NCBI GenBank assembly: GCA_963796575.1
Contig: CAWCMG010000017.1
Coordinates: 245,234 to 309,233 of the forward strand
Length of the DNA: 64,000 nucleotides
Source of the DNA: an uncultured Solirubrobacterales bacterium
GTDB lineage: Bacteria > Actinomycetota > Thermoleophilia > Solirubrobacterales > Solirubrobacteraceae
Direction of reading: 5' to 3'
Under the pieces are notes generated by a model. It was not told the DNA's origin. It searched no databases and saw only the letters and a program-made list of their open reading frames with translations. Both the position numbers and the translations under genes were made by a program. Position 1 is the first letter of the stretch, and each line of letters begins with the position of its first letter. Of this stretch, positions 8,806 through 18,241 are shown piece after piece.

Positions 8806-9812
8806 CGCTCGTCGTAGATCTCCGCGATGAAGCTCGACAGCTGCGAGGCCGCCTCCCTGACCGTGTTGATCGCGTGGCCGTAGTCCATTCGCAGCGGGCC
8901 GATCACCGACACCGTCCCGAGTCGGCGCTGCGGCAGACCGTAGCCGGCGGCGACCAGCGCGAGCGAGCGGAGCCCTGGGACGCCGCTCTCGGCGCCGATG
9001 CGGACAAGCACGTCGCGCTCGTTCAGCGCCGAGGCCAGCACGCCCAGCAGCGTCACCCGGCGCTCGAGCATGTCCATCAGCGCGTTCAGCTCAGACACCT
9101 CGCCGAACCGGTCGTCGCGCAGCAGCCGCGAGGTGCCCTCGACGTAGACGGCGTCGTGAGCGCCCACCTCGAGATCGGTGAACACCGGCGACAGCGCATC
9201 GAGGAAGTCCGACTCGGAGCGCGACAGCGACGGGTCGTGGAGCCGCTTCTGCAGGATCCGAGCCCCGAGCCCGAGGCCGACGAGCCGCTCGTTCAGATAG
9301 CTCGCCGCCCAGTCGGCCAGGCCCGGATCCACGGGCCGGGCGAACGTGAACAGGCGCTTGGTGACGCCCCCGGTTGAGGTGATCACGACCACCATCAGCA
9401 CCTGCGGCTGCAGGAGCAGGACCTCGACGTGGCGGATCGTCGAGGTCTCGATCGGCGGCGCGGTGACGATCGCGAGCAGGTTCGTGACCTGCGAGAGCGT
9501 CTCGGTCGTGATCCGCATCGCCTCGTCGAGCTCGCGGCGCACGAGCGACAGCGACAGCCGCGGCGCCGCGGCCTGTGCCGGGAGCAGCCGGTCGACGAAG
9601 TAGCGGTAGCCGGCCTCGGTGGGAACACGTCCAGCGGAGGTGTGCGGGTGGGCGAGCAGGCCCAGCTCCTCGAGGCTCGCGAGCTCGTTGCGGATCGTCG
9701 ACGGGCCCCACTGGACGTCCACCGAAAGCGCCTTCGAGCCGACGGGCGCCCCGCCCTCGAGGTATTCCTCGACGACCTTTCGCAGCACGAGCTCCTGGCG
9801 TGAAGTGAGCAT
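8802..9812 (-). CDS. hrcA: Heat-inducible transcriptional repressor HrcA
   Basis: 336 aa. N-terminal winged helix (LTSRQELVLRKVVEEYLEGGAPVGSKAL). 4-nt overlap with dnaJ. Confidence 0.93.
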   Translation of the reverse strand: MLTSRQELVLRKVVEEYLEGGAPVGSKALSVDVQWGPSTIRNELASLEELGLLAHPHTSAGRVPTEAGYRYFVDRLLPAQAAAPRLSLSLVRRELDEAMRITTETLSQVTNLLAIVTAPPIETSTIRHVEVLLLQPQVLMVVVITSTGGVTKRLFTFARPVDPGLADWAASYLNERLVGLGLGARILQKRLHDPSLSRSESDFLDALSPVFTDLEVGAHDAVYVEGTSRLLRDDRFGEVSELNALMDMLERRVTLLGVLASALNERDVLVRIGAESGVPGLRSLALVAAGYGLPQRRLGTVSVIGPLRMDYGHAINTVREAASQLSSFIAEIYDER

Positions 9813-9821
9813 CGACCCCTG

Positions 9822-9827
9822 ATTGTA
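9822..9827 (-). promoter_or_regulatory. -10-like hexamer TACAAT, 9 nt upstream of the hrcA ATG (candidate leaderless or near-leaderless promoter)
   Basis: The minus strand reads CGACC-TACAAT-CAGGGGTCG-ATG. There is no SD between the hexamer and the start. Confidence 0.3.
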
Positions 9828-9875
9828 GGTCGGGCGCTGGCCGCTCCCCGCCAGTCGGGCGCCCGGGATCTTCAG

Positions 9876-10286
9876 TCAGTCGACTGAGATTTCCGCGACC
9901 GCGTTGCGGATGATCCGATGACCCGACTGCTCGGCCTGCGAGTCGACGACCGCGGTCCCGTCCGCCACCTCGCGCACGGTGCCGCTGACCACGATCGGCT
10001 CCTCCATCCGTCCCATGCCCCGGAACTGCACCGACAGCCGCTTGAGGCGCTCGGGGCCGCCGGCCGCGTCGGTGTGCGCGCGGGCGACCTGCGCCATCGT
10101 CCACAGCCCGTGCAGGATCCGGCCGGGGAGCCCCACCGACCTCGCGAACTCCTCGTCGATGTGGATCGGGTTGAAGTCGCCCGACGCGCCCGCGTAGCGG
10201 ACGGTCACGAACCGGTCGGGGGTGACCTCGAGGTGGACCGGATCGCCCGCCTCGAGGTGGACGGGATCGCCCCGCTCGACGCTCAC
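9876..10286 (-). CDS. MaoC-like (R)-specific hydratase/dehydratase, HadB-like subunit
   Basis: Hot-dog fold motif GDFNPIHIDEEFARSVGLPGRILHG. I place the start at GTG 10286, which overlaps the upstream TGA (GTGA), rather than the track start at 10325, which would overlap the upstream gene by 43 nt. Confidence 0.8.
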   Translation of the reverse strand: MSVERGDPVHLEAGDPVHLEVTPDRFVTVRYAGASGDFNPIHIDEEFARSVGLPGRILHGLWTMAQVARAHTDAAGGPERLKRLSVQFRGMGRMEEPIVVSGTVREVADGTAVVDSQAEQSGHRIIRNAVAEISVD

Positions 10287-10726
10287 GAGTCGTCCCGCAC
10301 GATGTTCGTCCAGATGCCGGTGCACACGGTCTCGCCTCGCTGGTTGCGCGAATCGGTCTCGAACACGAAGAAGTTCATCCCGCCCCGCTCGCTGATGTCC
10401 TTGACGGACGTGGTCGTGGCGATCTCGTCGCCGGCGACGACCACCGGGCCCCAGCGGAACTCCTGACCACCGTGCAGCATCCTCGCGAAGTCGATCCCGA
10501 CCTCGGGGTCGAACAGCGCGGGCGTGATCGAGCGCCCGGCGTAGACGACCGCGAACATCGGCGGGGCGACGACGTCGGCGTACCCGGCAGCCCGGGCGGC
10601 TTCGACGTTGAGGTACAGCAGGTTGGTCTCGCCCACCGCATGCGCGTACTCGCGGACCTTCTCGCGGCCGACCGCGTACGTTGTGACCGGGTACGTCTTG
10701 CCGATCGCTTCTGTATTGACGGGCAC
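10283..10726 (-). CDS. MaoC-like dehydratase N-terminal-domain protein (HadA/UPF0336-like subunit)
   Basis: 147 aa (YPVTTYAVGREKVREYAHAVGE...MLHGGQEF). It pairs with the downstream HadB-like gene, as in mycobacterial hadAB. Confidence 0.78.
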   Translation of the reverse strand: MPVNTEAIGKTYPVTTYAVGREKVREYAHAVGETNLLYLNVEAARAAGYADVVAPPMFAVVYAGRSITPALFDPEVGIDFARMLHGGQEFRWGPVVVAGDEIATTTSVKDISERGGMNFFVFETDSRNQRGETVCTGIWTNIVRDDS

Positions 10727-10747
10727 GGCGGCGGAGTCTAATCGCGG

Positions 10748-11545
10748 TCAGATGATCACGGGCACGGCGCCGCCGTCAACCGACCAGGCCGCGCCGGCGA
10801 CATTCGACGCCGGCTCCGAGCACAGGAACACGATCACGTCGGCGATCTCCTGCTCGGTGCCGAGCCGCCCGATCGGCTGGCGCGCCGCGACCGACGCGAG
10901 CACCTCCTCGCGCGTGACGCCCCGCACGCGCGCGTTCTGGTCGGCCAGGCCGCCGGGCGCCAGCCACAGATCCCCGCCGATCGGGCCTGGCGATACGGAG
11001 TTCACGAGCACGCCGCGCGCCGCCCACATGTCCGCGAACGCCCGCGACAGCGACAGCTCCGCGGCCTTCGTCACCGAGTAGGCCATGTTCGTCGACGACG
11101 GCCGCTTACCCGACGACGAGCACACGTTGACGATCCGTCCCCAGCCGCGTTCGGCCATCGCCGGCGCGGCCGCACGCATCAGCCGCATCGGCGCCATCAC
11201 GTGGAGCTCCCACTGCGCCTGCCACTCCTCGTCGCTCAGCTCCTCGAGCGAGCGGACGGCGCTCGTGCCCGCGCCGTTGACGAGCGCGTCGATCCGCCCG
11301 AAGTGCTCCAGGCACACGAGCACCGCCTGCTCGCCGGCGCCGACGGCGGTTACATCGAGCGCCAGCGCGTCACCGCGCCCGCCAGCACGCTCGCATTGCG
11401 TCGCGACTGACGCCAGCGTCTCCGAGCGCCGTCCGACGAGCAGCACCGACGCCCCCTCGCGCGCCAACGCCACCGCCGTGGCCCTGCCAATCCCCCCTGA
11501 CGCCCCCGTGACGATGCAGGCACGATCGCGAAGGCCGAGGTCCAT
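10748..11545 (-). CDS. SDR family oxidoreductase
   Basis: TGASGGIGRATAVALAREGA (TGxxxGxG) and a catalytic YSVTKAA (YxxxK). Start trimmed to MDLGLRDRACIVTGASGGIG (ATG 11545). ATG 11563 is an alternative. Confidence 0.85.
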   Translation of the reverse strand: MDLGLRDRACIVTGASGGIGRATAVALAREGASVLLVGRRSETLASVATQCERAGGRGDALALDVTAVGAGEQAVLVCLEHFGRIDALVNGAGTSAVRSLEELSDEEWQAQWELHVMAPMRLMRAAAPAMAERGWGRIVNVCSSSGKRPSSTNMAYSVTKAAELSLSRAFADMWAARGVLVNSVSPGPIGGDLWLAPGGLADQNARVRGVTREEVLASVAARQPIGRLGTEQEIADVIVFLCSEPASNVAGAAWSVDGGAVPVII

Positions 11546-11561
11546 ACTTGGTGATTCTTCC

Positions 11562-12551
11562 ATGACGATCAGCACCGAGAACGGCGATGCCGGCGCCGCG
11601 ATCATCCGCACGGGCGGCCTGACCAAGGTCTACCCGGGCACCGATTTCAAGGCCGTCGACGGGCTCGACCTGACCATCGAGGCGGGCGAGATCTTCGGGC
11701 TGCTCGGGCCGAACGGCGCCGGCAAGACCACGACCGCGGGGATGCTGACCACTCGCGTCGTCCCCACCGCCGGCAGCGCGCACGTCGGGACGGTCGACGT
11801 GATCGCCCACCCCGCCCTGGCCAAGCAGCTGATCGGGATCGTCTCCCAGCAGAACACGCTCGACCGGCAACTGACCGTGTGGGAGAACCTGTATTTCCAC
11901 GGCCGGCTGTTCGGGATCGCGGCGCCGGAATCGCGGCGGATCTCGGACCAGCTGCTCGAGCAGTTTCATCTGAGCCGCTGGGCGAAGGCGTCGGTGTACG
12001 CGCTCTCGGGCGGGATGGCGCAGCGGCTCATGGTCGCGCGCGCGATCTTCCACCGGCCGGCGGTCCTGTTCCTGGACGAGCCGAGCGCCGGACTCGATCC
12101 GCAGAGCCGGCTCGCCCTGTGGGAGATCCTCGGCGAGCTGAACGCCGACGGCCAGACGATCATGCTGCTGACGCACTACATGGAGGAGGCCGATCGACTC
12201 TGCAAGCGCGTCGCGATCATGGATCACGGCAAGATCCTCGCGCTCGACACGCCGGCGGCGCTCAAGCAGTCGGTTGGAGCGGACACGATCGTGACCGTCA
12301 AGGCTTTGGGTGACGGGGAGGAACTGGCGCAAGCGCTCGCGGACCACGTCGAGGGCGTCACGCGTACGCGCGTTCTTGAGGACCCGCCCACCCCCGGCGT
12401 CGAGCTCCACGTCAAGGGCTCCGAGCGGATCATCCCGCGCGTGGTGTCCGCCGCCGAGCAGGCCGGATTCGAGCTCGTCGATCTGTCGGTGGCCGAGCCG
12501 ACGCTCGAGACCGTGTTCATCAACCTGACCGGGAAGGACCTCCGCGAATGA
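11562..12551 (+). CDS. ABC transporter ATP-binding protein (ABC-2/DrrA-like exporter)
   Basis: Walker A GPNGAGKTT, signature LSGGMAQR, Walker B LFLDEPSAGLD. Start trimmed to MTISTENG (ATG 11562) inside the longer track ORF 11085..12551. Confidence 0.9.
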   Translation: MTISTENGDAGAAIIRTGGLTKVYPGTDFKAVDGLDLTIEAGEIFGLLGPNGAGKTTTAGMLTTRVVPTAGSAHVGTVDVIAHPALAKQLIGIVSQQNTLDRQLTVWENLYFHGRLFGIAAPESRRISDQLLEQFHLSRWAKASVYALSGGMAQRLMVARAIFHRPAVLFLDEPSAGLDPQSRLALWEILGELNADGQTIMLLTHYMEEADRLCKRVAIMDHGKILALDTPAALKQSVGADTIVTVKALGDGEELAQALADHVEGVTRTRVLEDPPTPGVELHVKGSERIIPRVVSAAEQAGFELVDLSVAEPTLETVFINLTGKDLRE

Positions 12552-13441
12552 CTGCGACGAGAGAGCAAGCCGCGCGGGCGCCGACCGCGCACGCGATCTC
12601 GCTGACACCGACCAGGTCGACGTTGGCCGCGAGCCGCGCGGCGCTTTGGGCGCTCGTGCTGCGCGACCTGATCGTGCTGCGCAAGCACCTCGGCGAGTTC
12701 ATCGTGCGCACACTGATCCAGCCGTTCCTGCTCGTGTTCGTGTTCCTGTACGTGTTCCCGACGATCGGCCAGGGAATCGGGGGCGGACGAGGGCCGGTGT
12801 CCGAGTCGGCGTTCGCCACCGTGCTGGTCGCCGGCGTGGTCGGGATCTCGATCATGTTCCAGGGGATCCAGGCGGTGGCGCTGCCGATGTCGACCGAGTT
12901 CGGGTACACCCGTGAGATCGAGGACCGGGTTCAGGCGCCGTGTCCGATCTGGCTGGTGGCGATCGCCAAGGTGCTGTCGGGCTCGGTCCAGGGGGTGCTG
13001 GCCGCGCTGATCGTGTTCCCGATCGCGGCGGTCGTCCACGCCACCGGGGTCAACGCACACCTGCAGGTCCACTGGTGGGTGGTGATCACGCTGATCCCGC
13101 TCGCGTGCCTGGCGATGACCTCGCTGGGCCTCGTCCTCGGCACCTCCTTCGAGCCGCGCAACATCGGCCTTATGTGGGGCTTCGTGGTGCTGCCGCTGAC
13201 GTTCCTGGGCGGCACGTACTACCAGTGGACGAAGCTCGCCCCGGTGCAGGTCGACGGCTTCCACTGGCTCCAGACGATCGTGCTGATCAACCCGCTGATC
13301 TACGTGACCGAGGGGATGCGCGCGGGGCTGACCCCGTTCTCGCACATGCACCTCTTCATCATCTATCCGGTGCTGATCGGCTTCAGCGCGTTCTTCCTGT
13401 GGCTCGGGCTGCGGAACTTCCGCCGGCGCGTGCTCGTGTAG
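12548..13441 (+). CDS. ABC-2 type transporter permease
   Basis: 297 aa with six predicted hydrophobic spans. ATGA overlap with the ATPase gene. Confidence 0.85.
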   Translation: MTATREQAARAPTAHAISLTPTRSTLAASRAALWALVLRDLIVLRKHLGEFIVRTLIQPFLLVFVFLYVFPTIGQGIGGGRGPVSESAFATVLVAGVVGISIMFQGIQAVALPMSTEFGYTREIEDRVQAPCPIWLVAIAKVLSGSVQGVLAALIVFPIAAVVHATGVNAHLQVHWWVVITLIPLACLAMTSLGLVLGTSFEPRNIGLMWGFVVLPLTFLGGTYYQWTKLAPVQVDGFHWLQTIVLINPLIYVTEGMRAGLTPFSHMHLFIIYPVLIGFSAFFLWLGLRNFRRRVLV

Positions 13442-13560
13442 GCGCTGGGGAATCCGGCTCACAGACGTGTGCGCCCCCCGTCACGTCACGGAGCCGGATT
13501 CCCTCAAGGGAATCCGCGCACTGACGTCCGCAGCGCGTAACCCCTCGTGGCGGATTCCCC
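13442..13560. repeat. Structured intergenic repeat (REP/BIME-like): four alternating copies of GGGAATCCG(S)C
   Basis: The copies are GGGGAATCCGGCTC (13447-13460), GAGCCGGATTCCC (13491-13503), GGGAATCCGCG (13508-13518) and GGCGGATTCCCC (13549-13560), in orientations + - + -. The element fills the whole gap between convergent genes. A 37-nt core is about 34/37 identical to the reverse complement of 17584-17620. Confidence 0.7.
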
Positions 13561-14103
13561 TCACTCCCCCGGGATCGGGGCGCCGGCAGGAACCCCTCGC
13601 CGCTGGTACTCGTCGTAGTAGCCGCGCCACTCGACGCCCGTCCCCGTGACCGCGGGACCGCTTGCCCCGCCGAGAAGGCGCTCGAGGCGGTCCAGGCACA
13701 CGTGCCAGCCGGCGCCGTCGCGTGCGGCCTTGTCGAGCATGCCGAGCACCACTGTGAACCGCAGCACGCACGCCCGGTCGCCGTCGACCGGTTCGAGCTC
13801 GAACCGCAGGTGATCCTCGTGGCCGGGCGGGCCCCAGGTAAAGGCGAGCACCCGCGGTGGATCGAGCTCGGTGATCTCGCCGGGCATCGTCTTGGAGCCA
13901 TCGGGCAGCGTGTAATCCTCGAACGTAAACGTCATCCGCCCGCCGACCTCGAGGTCCGCCTCGACCTGCGTCGGGAACCACTGAGCGAGCTCGTCCGGCT
14001 CGGTGATCGCCTGCCACACGCGATCCACCGGATGCGACAACCGCCTCTCGAAGTTGAGCGTCGGCTGGTCCTCGATCGTGGCGTAGCTGGCGTACGTGTT
14101 CAT
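13561..14103 (-). CDS. SRPBCC/AHSA1 (Aha1-domain) family protein
   Basis: 180 aa (RRLSHPVDRVWQAITEPDELAQWFP...). It shows the typical pairing with an upstream ArsR-family regulator, here with an ATGA overlap. Confidence 0.8.
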   Translation of the reverse strand: MNTYASYATIEDQPTLNFERRLSHPVDRVWQAITEPDELAQWFPTQVEADLEVGGRMTFTFEDYTLPDGSKTMPGEITELDPPRVLAFTWGPPGHEDHLRFELEPVDGDRACVLRFTVVLGMLDKAARDGAGWHVCLDRLERLLGGASGPAVTGTGVEWRGYYDEYQRRGVPAGAPIPGE

Positions 14104-14435
14104 GACGGCTCCTCAGTGGTTGAAGCTTTGCGGTCCAGGTGCCGTTCGAGCGCGTCGAGGCTGCGCTCCCAGACCTGCCGGTACGGCTCGAGCCATGCGT
14201 CGAGCTCGACCAGCGGGCGGACGTCGAGCGCGTAGATGCGCTGTTGACGCTCGGTTCGGGAGCTCACCAGGCCGGCGTCGCGGAGCACCCGCAGGTGCTT
14301 CGACGTCCCCGGCTGGGTCAGGCCGGTGCGCGCCACGAGCTCCCCGACCGGCCGCGGCGACTCGCGCAGCAGCTCGAGCATCGTGCGGCGGTGGGGATCG
14401 GCGAGAGCGGACCAGGCGGACGGCACGGCTGGCAT
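14100..14435 (-). CDS. ArsR/SmtB family transcriptional regulator
   Basis: HTH region LADPHRRTMLELLRESPRPVGELVARTGLTQPGTSKHLRVLRDAGLV. Start trimmed to ATG 14435 (MPAVPSAW). GTG 14426 is an alternative. The track start at 14471 lies inside the AT-rich promoter region. Confidence 0.85.
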   Translation of the reverse strand: MPAVPSAWSALADPHRRTMLELLRESPRPVGELVARTGLTQPGTSKHLRVLRDAGLVSSRTERQQRIYALDVRPLVELDAWLEPYRQVWERSLDALERHLDRKASTTEEPS

Positions 14436-14440
14436 ATAAC

Positions 14441-14462
14441 CAGATAGATATATACCTGTCAA
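14441..14462 (-). promoter_or_regulatory. arsR promoter/operator: -35 TTGACA plus an imperfect palindrome
   Basis: The minus strand reads TTGACA (14462-14457), then 17 nt, then TTATAT, which overlaps ATG 14435. The spacer contains CAGGTATATATCTATCTG, a palindrome with 14/18 self-complementary positions (14441-14458). This is the most AT-rich patch in the window. Confidence 0.35.
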
Positions 14463-14630
14463 GGCATACACCGGTCGCCGATCAGCCGCCTACTGCTCCG
14501 CTCGGCCGCCACTCACCTCAGCACGATCCGGATCGACCTCGAATAGCGAGGCGGTACGCTTGTAGCCAGCTCCGGGGCACGGTAGCCTCGGCAGAGACTC
14601 GAACGAGGCGGCGACAGGAGCAAGAGCAAG

Positions 14631-15107
14631 ATGGCTAGGCGAGCGACTCTGAGGGCATCGGACGCGGATCGCGAACAGTTCGCGGAGCGGTTGCGGCACG
14701 CCGCCGGCGAGGGGCGGATCGTGGCCGAGGAGCTCGAGGAGCGCCTCGAGGCCGTGTTCTCAGCGCGCACGTACGGCGAGCTCGATGCCGTCGTCGCGGA
14801 CCTGCCCGGGACGCCCGTCTCCCGGCGCGAGCGCTCGCGCACGCCCGCCCTGCCGCGCCCGGCGCTGATCGTCGCGATCGTGTTCCTGCTGCCCGTGGTC
14901 GTCTCGATGCTGATCGCGGCGGTGGTCGTGATCACCACCCTGTTCACGGCGTGGGCGCTCGTGCTCGCGCTCGGCTGGTGGGTCTTCGGCCAGCACCGCC
15001 GCTACCCGCCCGGCCACCGCTTCCCGCCCGGCCGGCGCTCGCTGCACGCGTACGGTCGCTGGCCCGCCGGGCGCCCCGGCGGCCCGCGGCCCCGGCCCTG
15101 GGTCTGA
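14631..15107 (+). CDS. DUF1707 domain membrane protein
   Basis: 158 aa. The N-terminus (RASDADREQFAERLRHAAGEGRIVAEELEERLEAVFSARTYGELDAVVADLP) matches DUF1707. It is followed by about two hydrophobic helices (ALIVAIVFLLPVVVSMLIAAVVVITTLFTAWALVLALGWWVF). Confidence 0.8.
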   Translation: MARRATLRASDADREQFAERLRHAAGEGRIVAEELEERLEAVFSARTYGELDAVVADLPGTPVSRRERSRTPALPRPALIVAIVFLLPVVVSMLIAAVVVITTLFTAWALVLALGWWVFGQHRRYPPGHRFPPGRRSLHAYGRWPAGRPGGPRPRPWV

Positions 15108-15113
15108 GATCCG

Positions 15114-15671
15114 CTGAGCCGCGACCCGTACACGGTTCTCGGGGTCCGGCCGGGCGCCTCCGACGACGAGGTTCGCTCCGCCTACCGGCAGCTCGTCCAG
15201 CTGCACCATCCCGACCACAACGGCGGCTCGCCCGAATCGGCTCGGCGTTTCGAGGAGGTCCAGGAGGCCTACGCAAAGATCATGGCCGAGCGCCGGCGCA
15301 GCCCCCTCCGACCCCCCTTCCCCCACCCGCCACCGATGGATCCGGACCTCGAGCAGCGGCTCGCAAACCTCGAGCGCGAGTTGCGCGAGAAGGCCCGCGT
15401 GGCCCGCGAGAAGGCCCAGCGCGCGGCCCGCGAGGCCACGGCGAACTACAAGCGGCCCTCCGACGAGGAGCTGGGCTACATCAAGACCGACGACAGCATC
15501 GGCAAGATCCTCGCGGACGCGCGCGAGGAGTTCTCGCGCCGGTTCGGCGACGTGCGCGAGGAGCCTGTCACGCACCGGGCGGCCGATCTGCTCGAGGACC
15601 TCGCCGGGTGGCTCAAGGGCGATCACGACTCGGACGACGACGGCAAGGAACAGGCCCGCAAGCGCCCGTAG
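15114..15671 (+). CDS. J-domain protein (DnaJ-like co-chaperone); start codon unresolved
   Basis: The frame continues from the DUF1707 stop as DPLSRDPYTVLGVRPGASDDEVRSAYRQLVQLHHPDHNGGSPESARRFEEVQEAYAKI, a J domain with HPD. No in-frame ATG, GTG or TTG occurs before ATG 15282, which lies after the J domain. Only CTG 15114 is available. The track lists only 15282..15671. Confidence 0.7.
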   Translation: MSRDPYTVLGVRPGASDDEVRSAYRQLVQLHHPDHNGGSPESARRFEEVQEAYAKIMAERRRSPLRPPFPHPPPMDPDLEQRLANLERELREKARVAREKAQRAAREATANYKRPSDEELGYIKTDDSIGKILADAREEFSRRFGDVREEPVTHRAADLLEDLAGWLKGDHDSDDDGKEQARKRP

Positions 15672-15689
15672 AACCCCGAGACCCGGCCA

Positions 15690-17498
<1,809 letters not shown>

Positions 17499-17510
17499 GG
17501 TTCAGAGGGT

Positions 17511-17753
17511 ATTAGGGGCTCCGCTTCGCGGAGCGTCCGTGGGGAATCCGCCGCAACTCGTGTCTGGTGCGAATCGTGGATGCGGCGGATTCCCTTGAGG
17601 GAATTCGGCTCCGTCACGTGTCGCGCGACCTCACGTTTCGGAGCCGAATTCCCCGGGGCCATGTTCCCCGTCCTGACAGGGATCGCGACCGCCGGGCACG
17701 GACGCCCGGCGGAACGGCCCCAAGGATGCCGAGCGAAGCGAGGCCCCTCTAAT
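17511..17753. repeat. Composite MITE/REP-like element with imperfect terminal inverted repeats
   Basis: The ends are ATTAGGGGCTCCGCTTCGC (17511-17529) and GCGAAGCGAGGCCCCTCTAAT (17733-17753), whose reverse complement is ATTAGAGGGGCCTCGCTTCGC. Inside is the 4x GGGAATYCG module (17541-17654), inverted relative to 13447-13560. It also holds a 42-nt module (17689-17730) repeated at 40782-40821. The element fills the lepA-upstream intergenic space. Confidence 0.7.
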
Positions 17754-18228
17754 CAACGAAGCGCTCGAGCGCTTTCGGGAGCAACCCCAGCTCCTTGAGC
17801 GCGCCGCGTCCCGCCACCCCGGCCGTCAGGAGCCCGCCGAAGATCGCCACCGCGTCGATCGACTTGCGGCCCTGCTTGTTCCAGTAGTCGTCGTGGAGGT
17901 CGAGCCACAGCGCGAACTCGTCCAGCGTCAGCGCTGCCGCGGCCCCGTAGGTCGATGCGCTGACCCGCGACGGCCACCGCCGGCACTGGCCCACCCCAAC
18001 GCCGAGCTGGTAGGTCCACAGGTACCCGATCCCCAGCAGCCCGAGGATCCCGAACGTCGAATGGTGGATGTGGCGCCCGCCCTCTGAGACGTTGTGGAAC
18101 GGACCGATGCCCGCCTTGATCGAGTGGGTGATCGCGCGTGCGGTAGCGAACGCGGTGGTGAACCCGACGGCGCTCAGGAACGCGCGCTCACGACGGGGAT
18201 CGGTGAAGTGGCGCTCGTACAGTCCCAT
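17749..18228 (-). CDS. Hypothetical integral membrane protein
   Basis: 159 aa with several hydrophobic segments (FLSAVGFTTAFATARAI, STFGILGLLGIGYLWTY, AVAIFGGLLTAGVAG) and high GC3. I recognise no family. Its TAG stop lies inside the repeat terminus. Confidence 0.6.
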   Translation of the reverse strand: MGLYERHFTDPRRERAFLSAVGFTTAFATARAITHSIKAGIGPFHNVSEGGRHIHHSTFGILGLLGIGYLWTYQLGVGVGQCRRWPSRVSASTYGAAAALTLDEFALWLDLHDDYWNKQGRKSIDAVAIFGGLLTAGVAGRGALKELGLLPKALERFVD

Positions 18229-18241
18229 GGCCGCGTTGAGA

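Noticed and set aside
9813-9887. I searched upstream of hrcA for a CIRCE operator (TTAGCACTC-N9-GAGTGCTAA) or a HAIR element.
   Set aside because: No match was found. The only dyad present is TCAGTCGACTGA (9876-9887), which spans the stop codon of the upstream dehydratase gene and does not resemble either consensus. Absence of CIRCE at hrcA itself is not unusual in actinobacteria.
13467-13649. Track ORFs 13467..13649 (+) and 17264..17662 (-) share the peptide RHVTEP[DN]SLKGIR, suggesting a paralogous small gene.
   Set aside because: The shared peptide is simply the translation of the palindromic intergenic repeat core. Both ORFs otherwise overlap real genes (SRPBCC, lepA) or are Arg/Pro-rich.
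15105-15107. The in-frame TGA between DUF1707 and the J domain, considered as selenocysteine.
   Set aside because: The codon lies in a Pro/Arg-rich linker with no catalytic context. No convincing SECIS-like stem-loop lies at the right distance, only a 5-bp GACCC/GGGTC pairing. There are no sel genes in the window.
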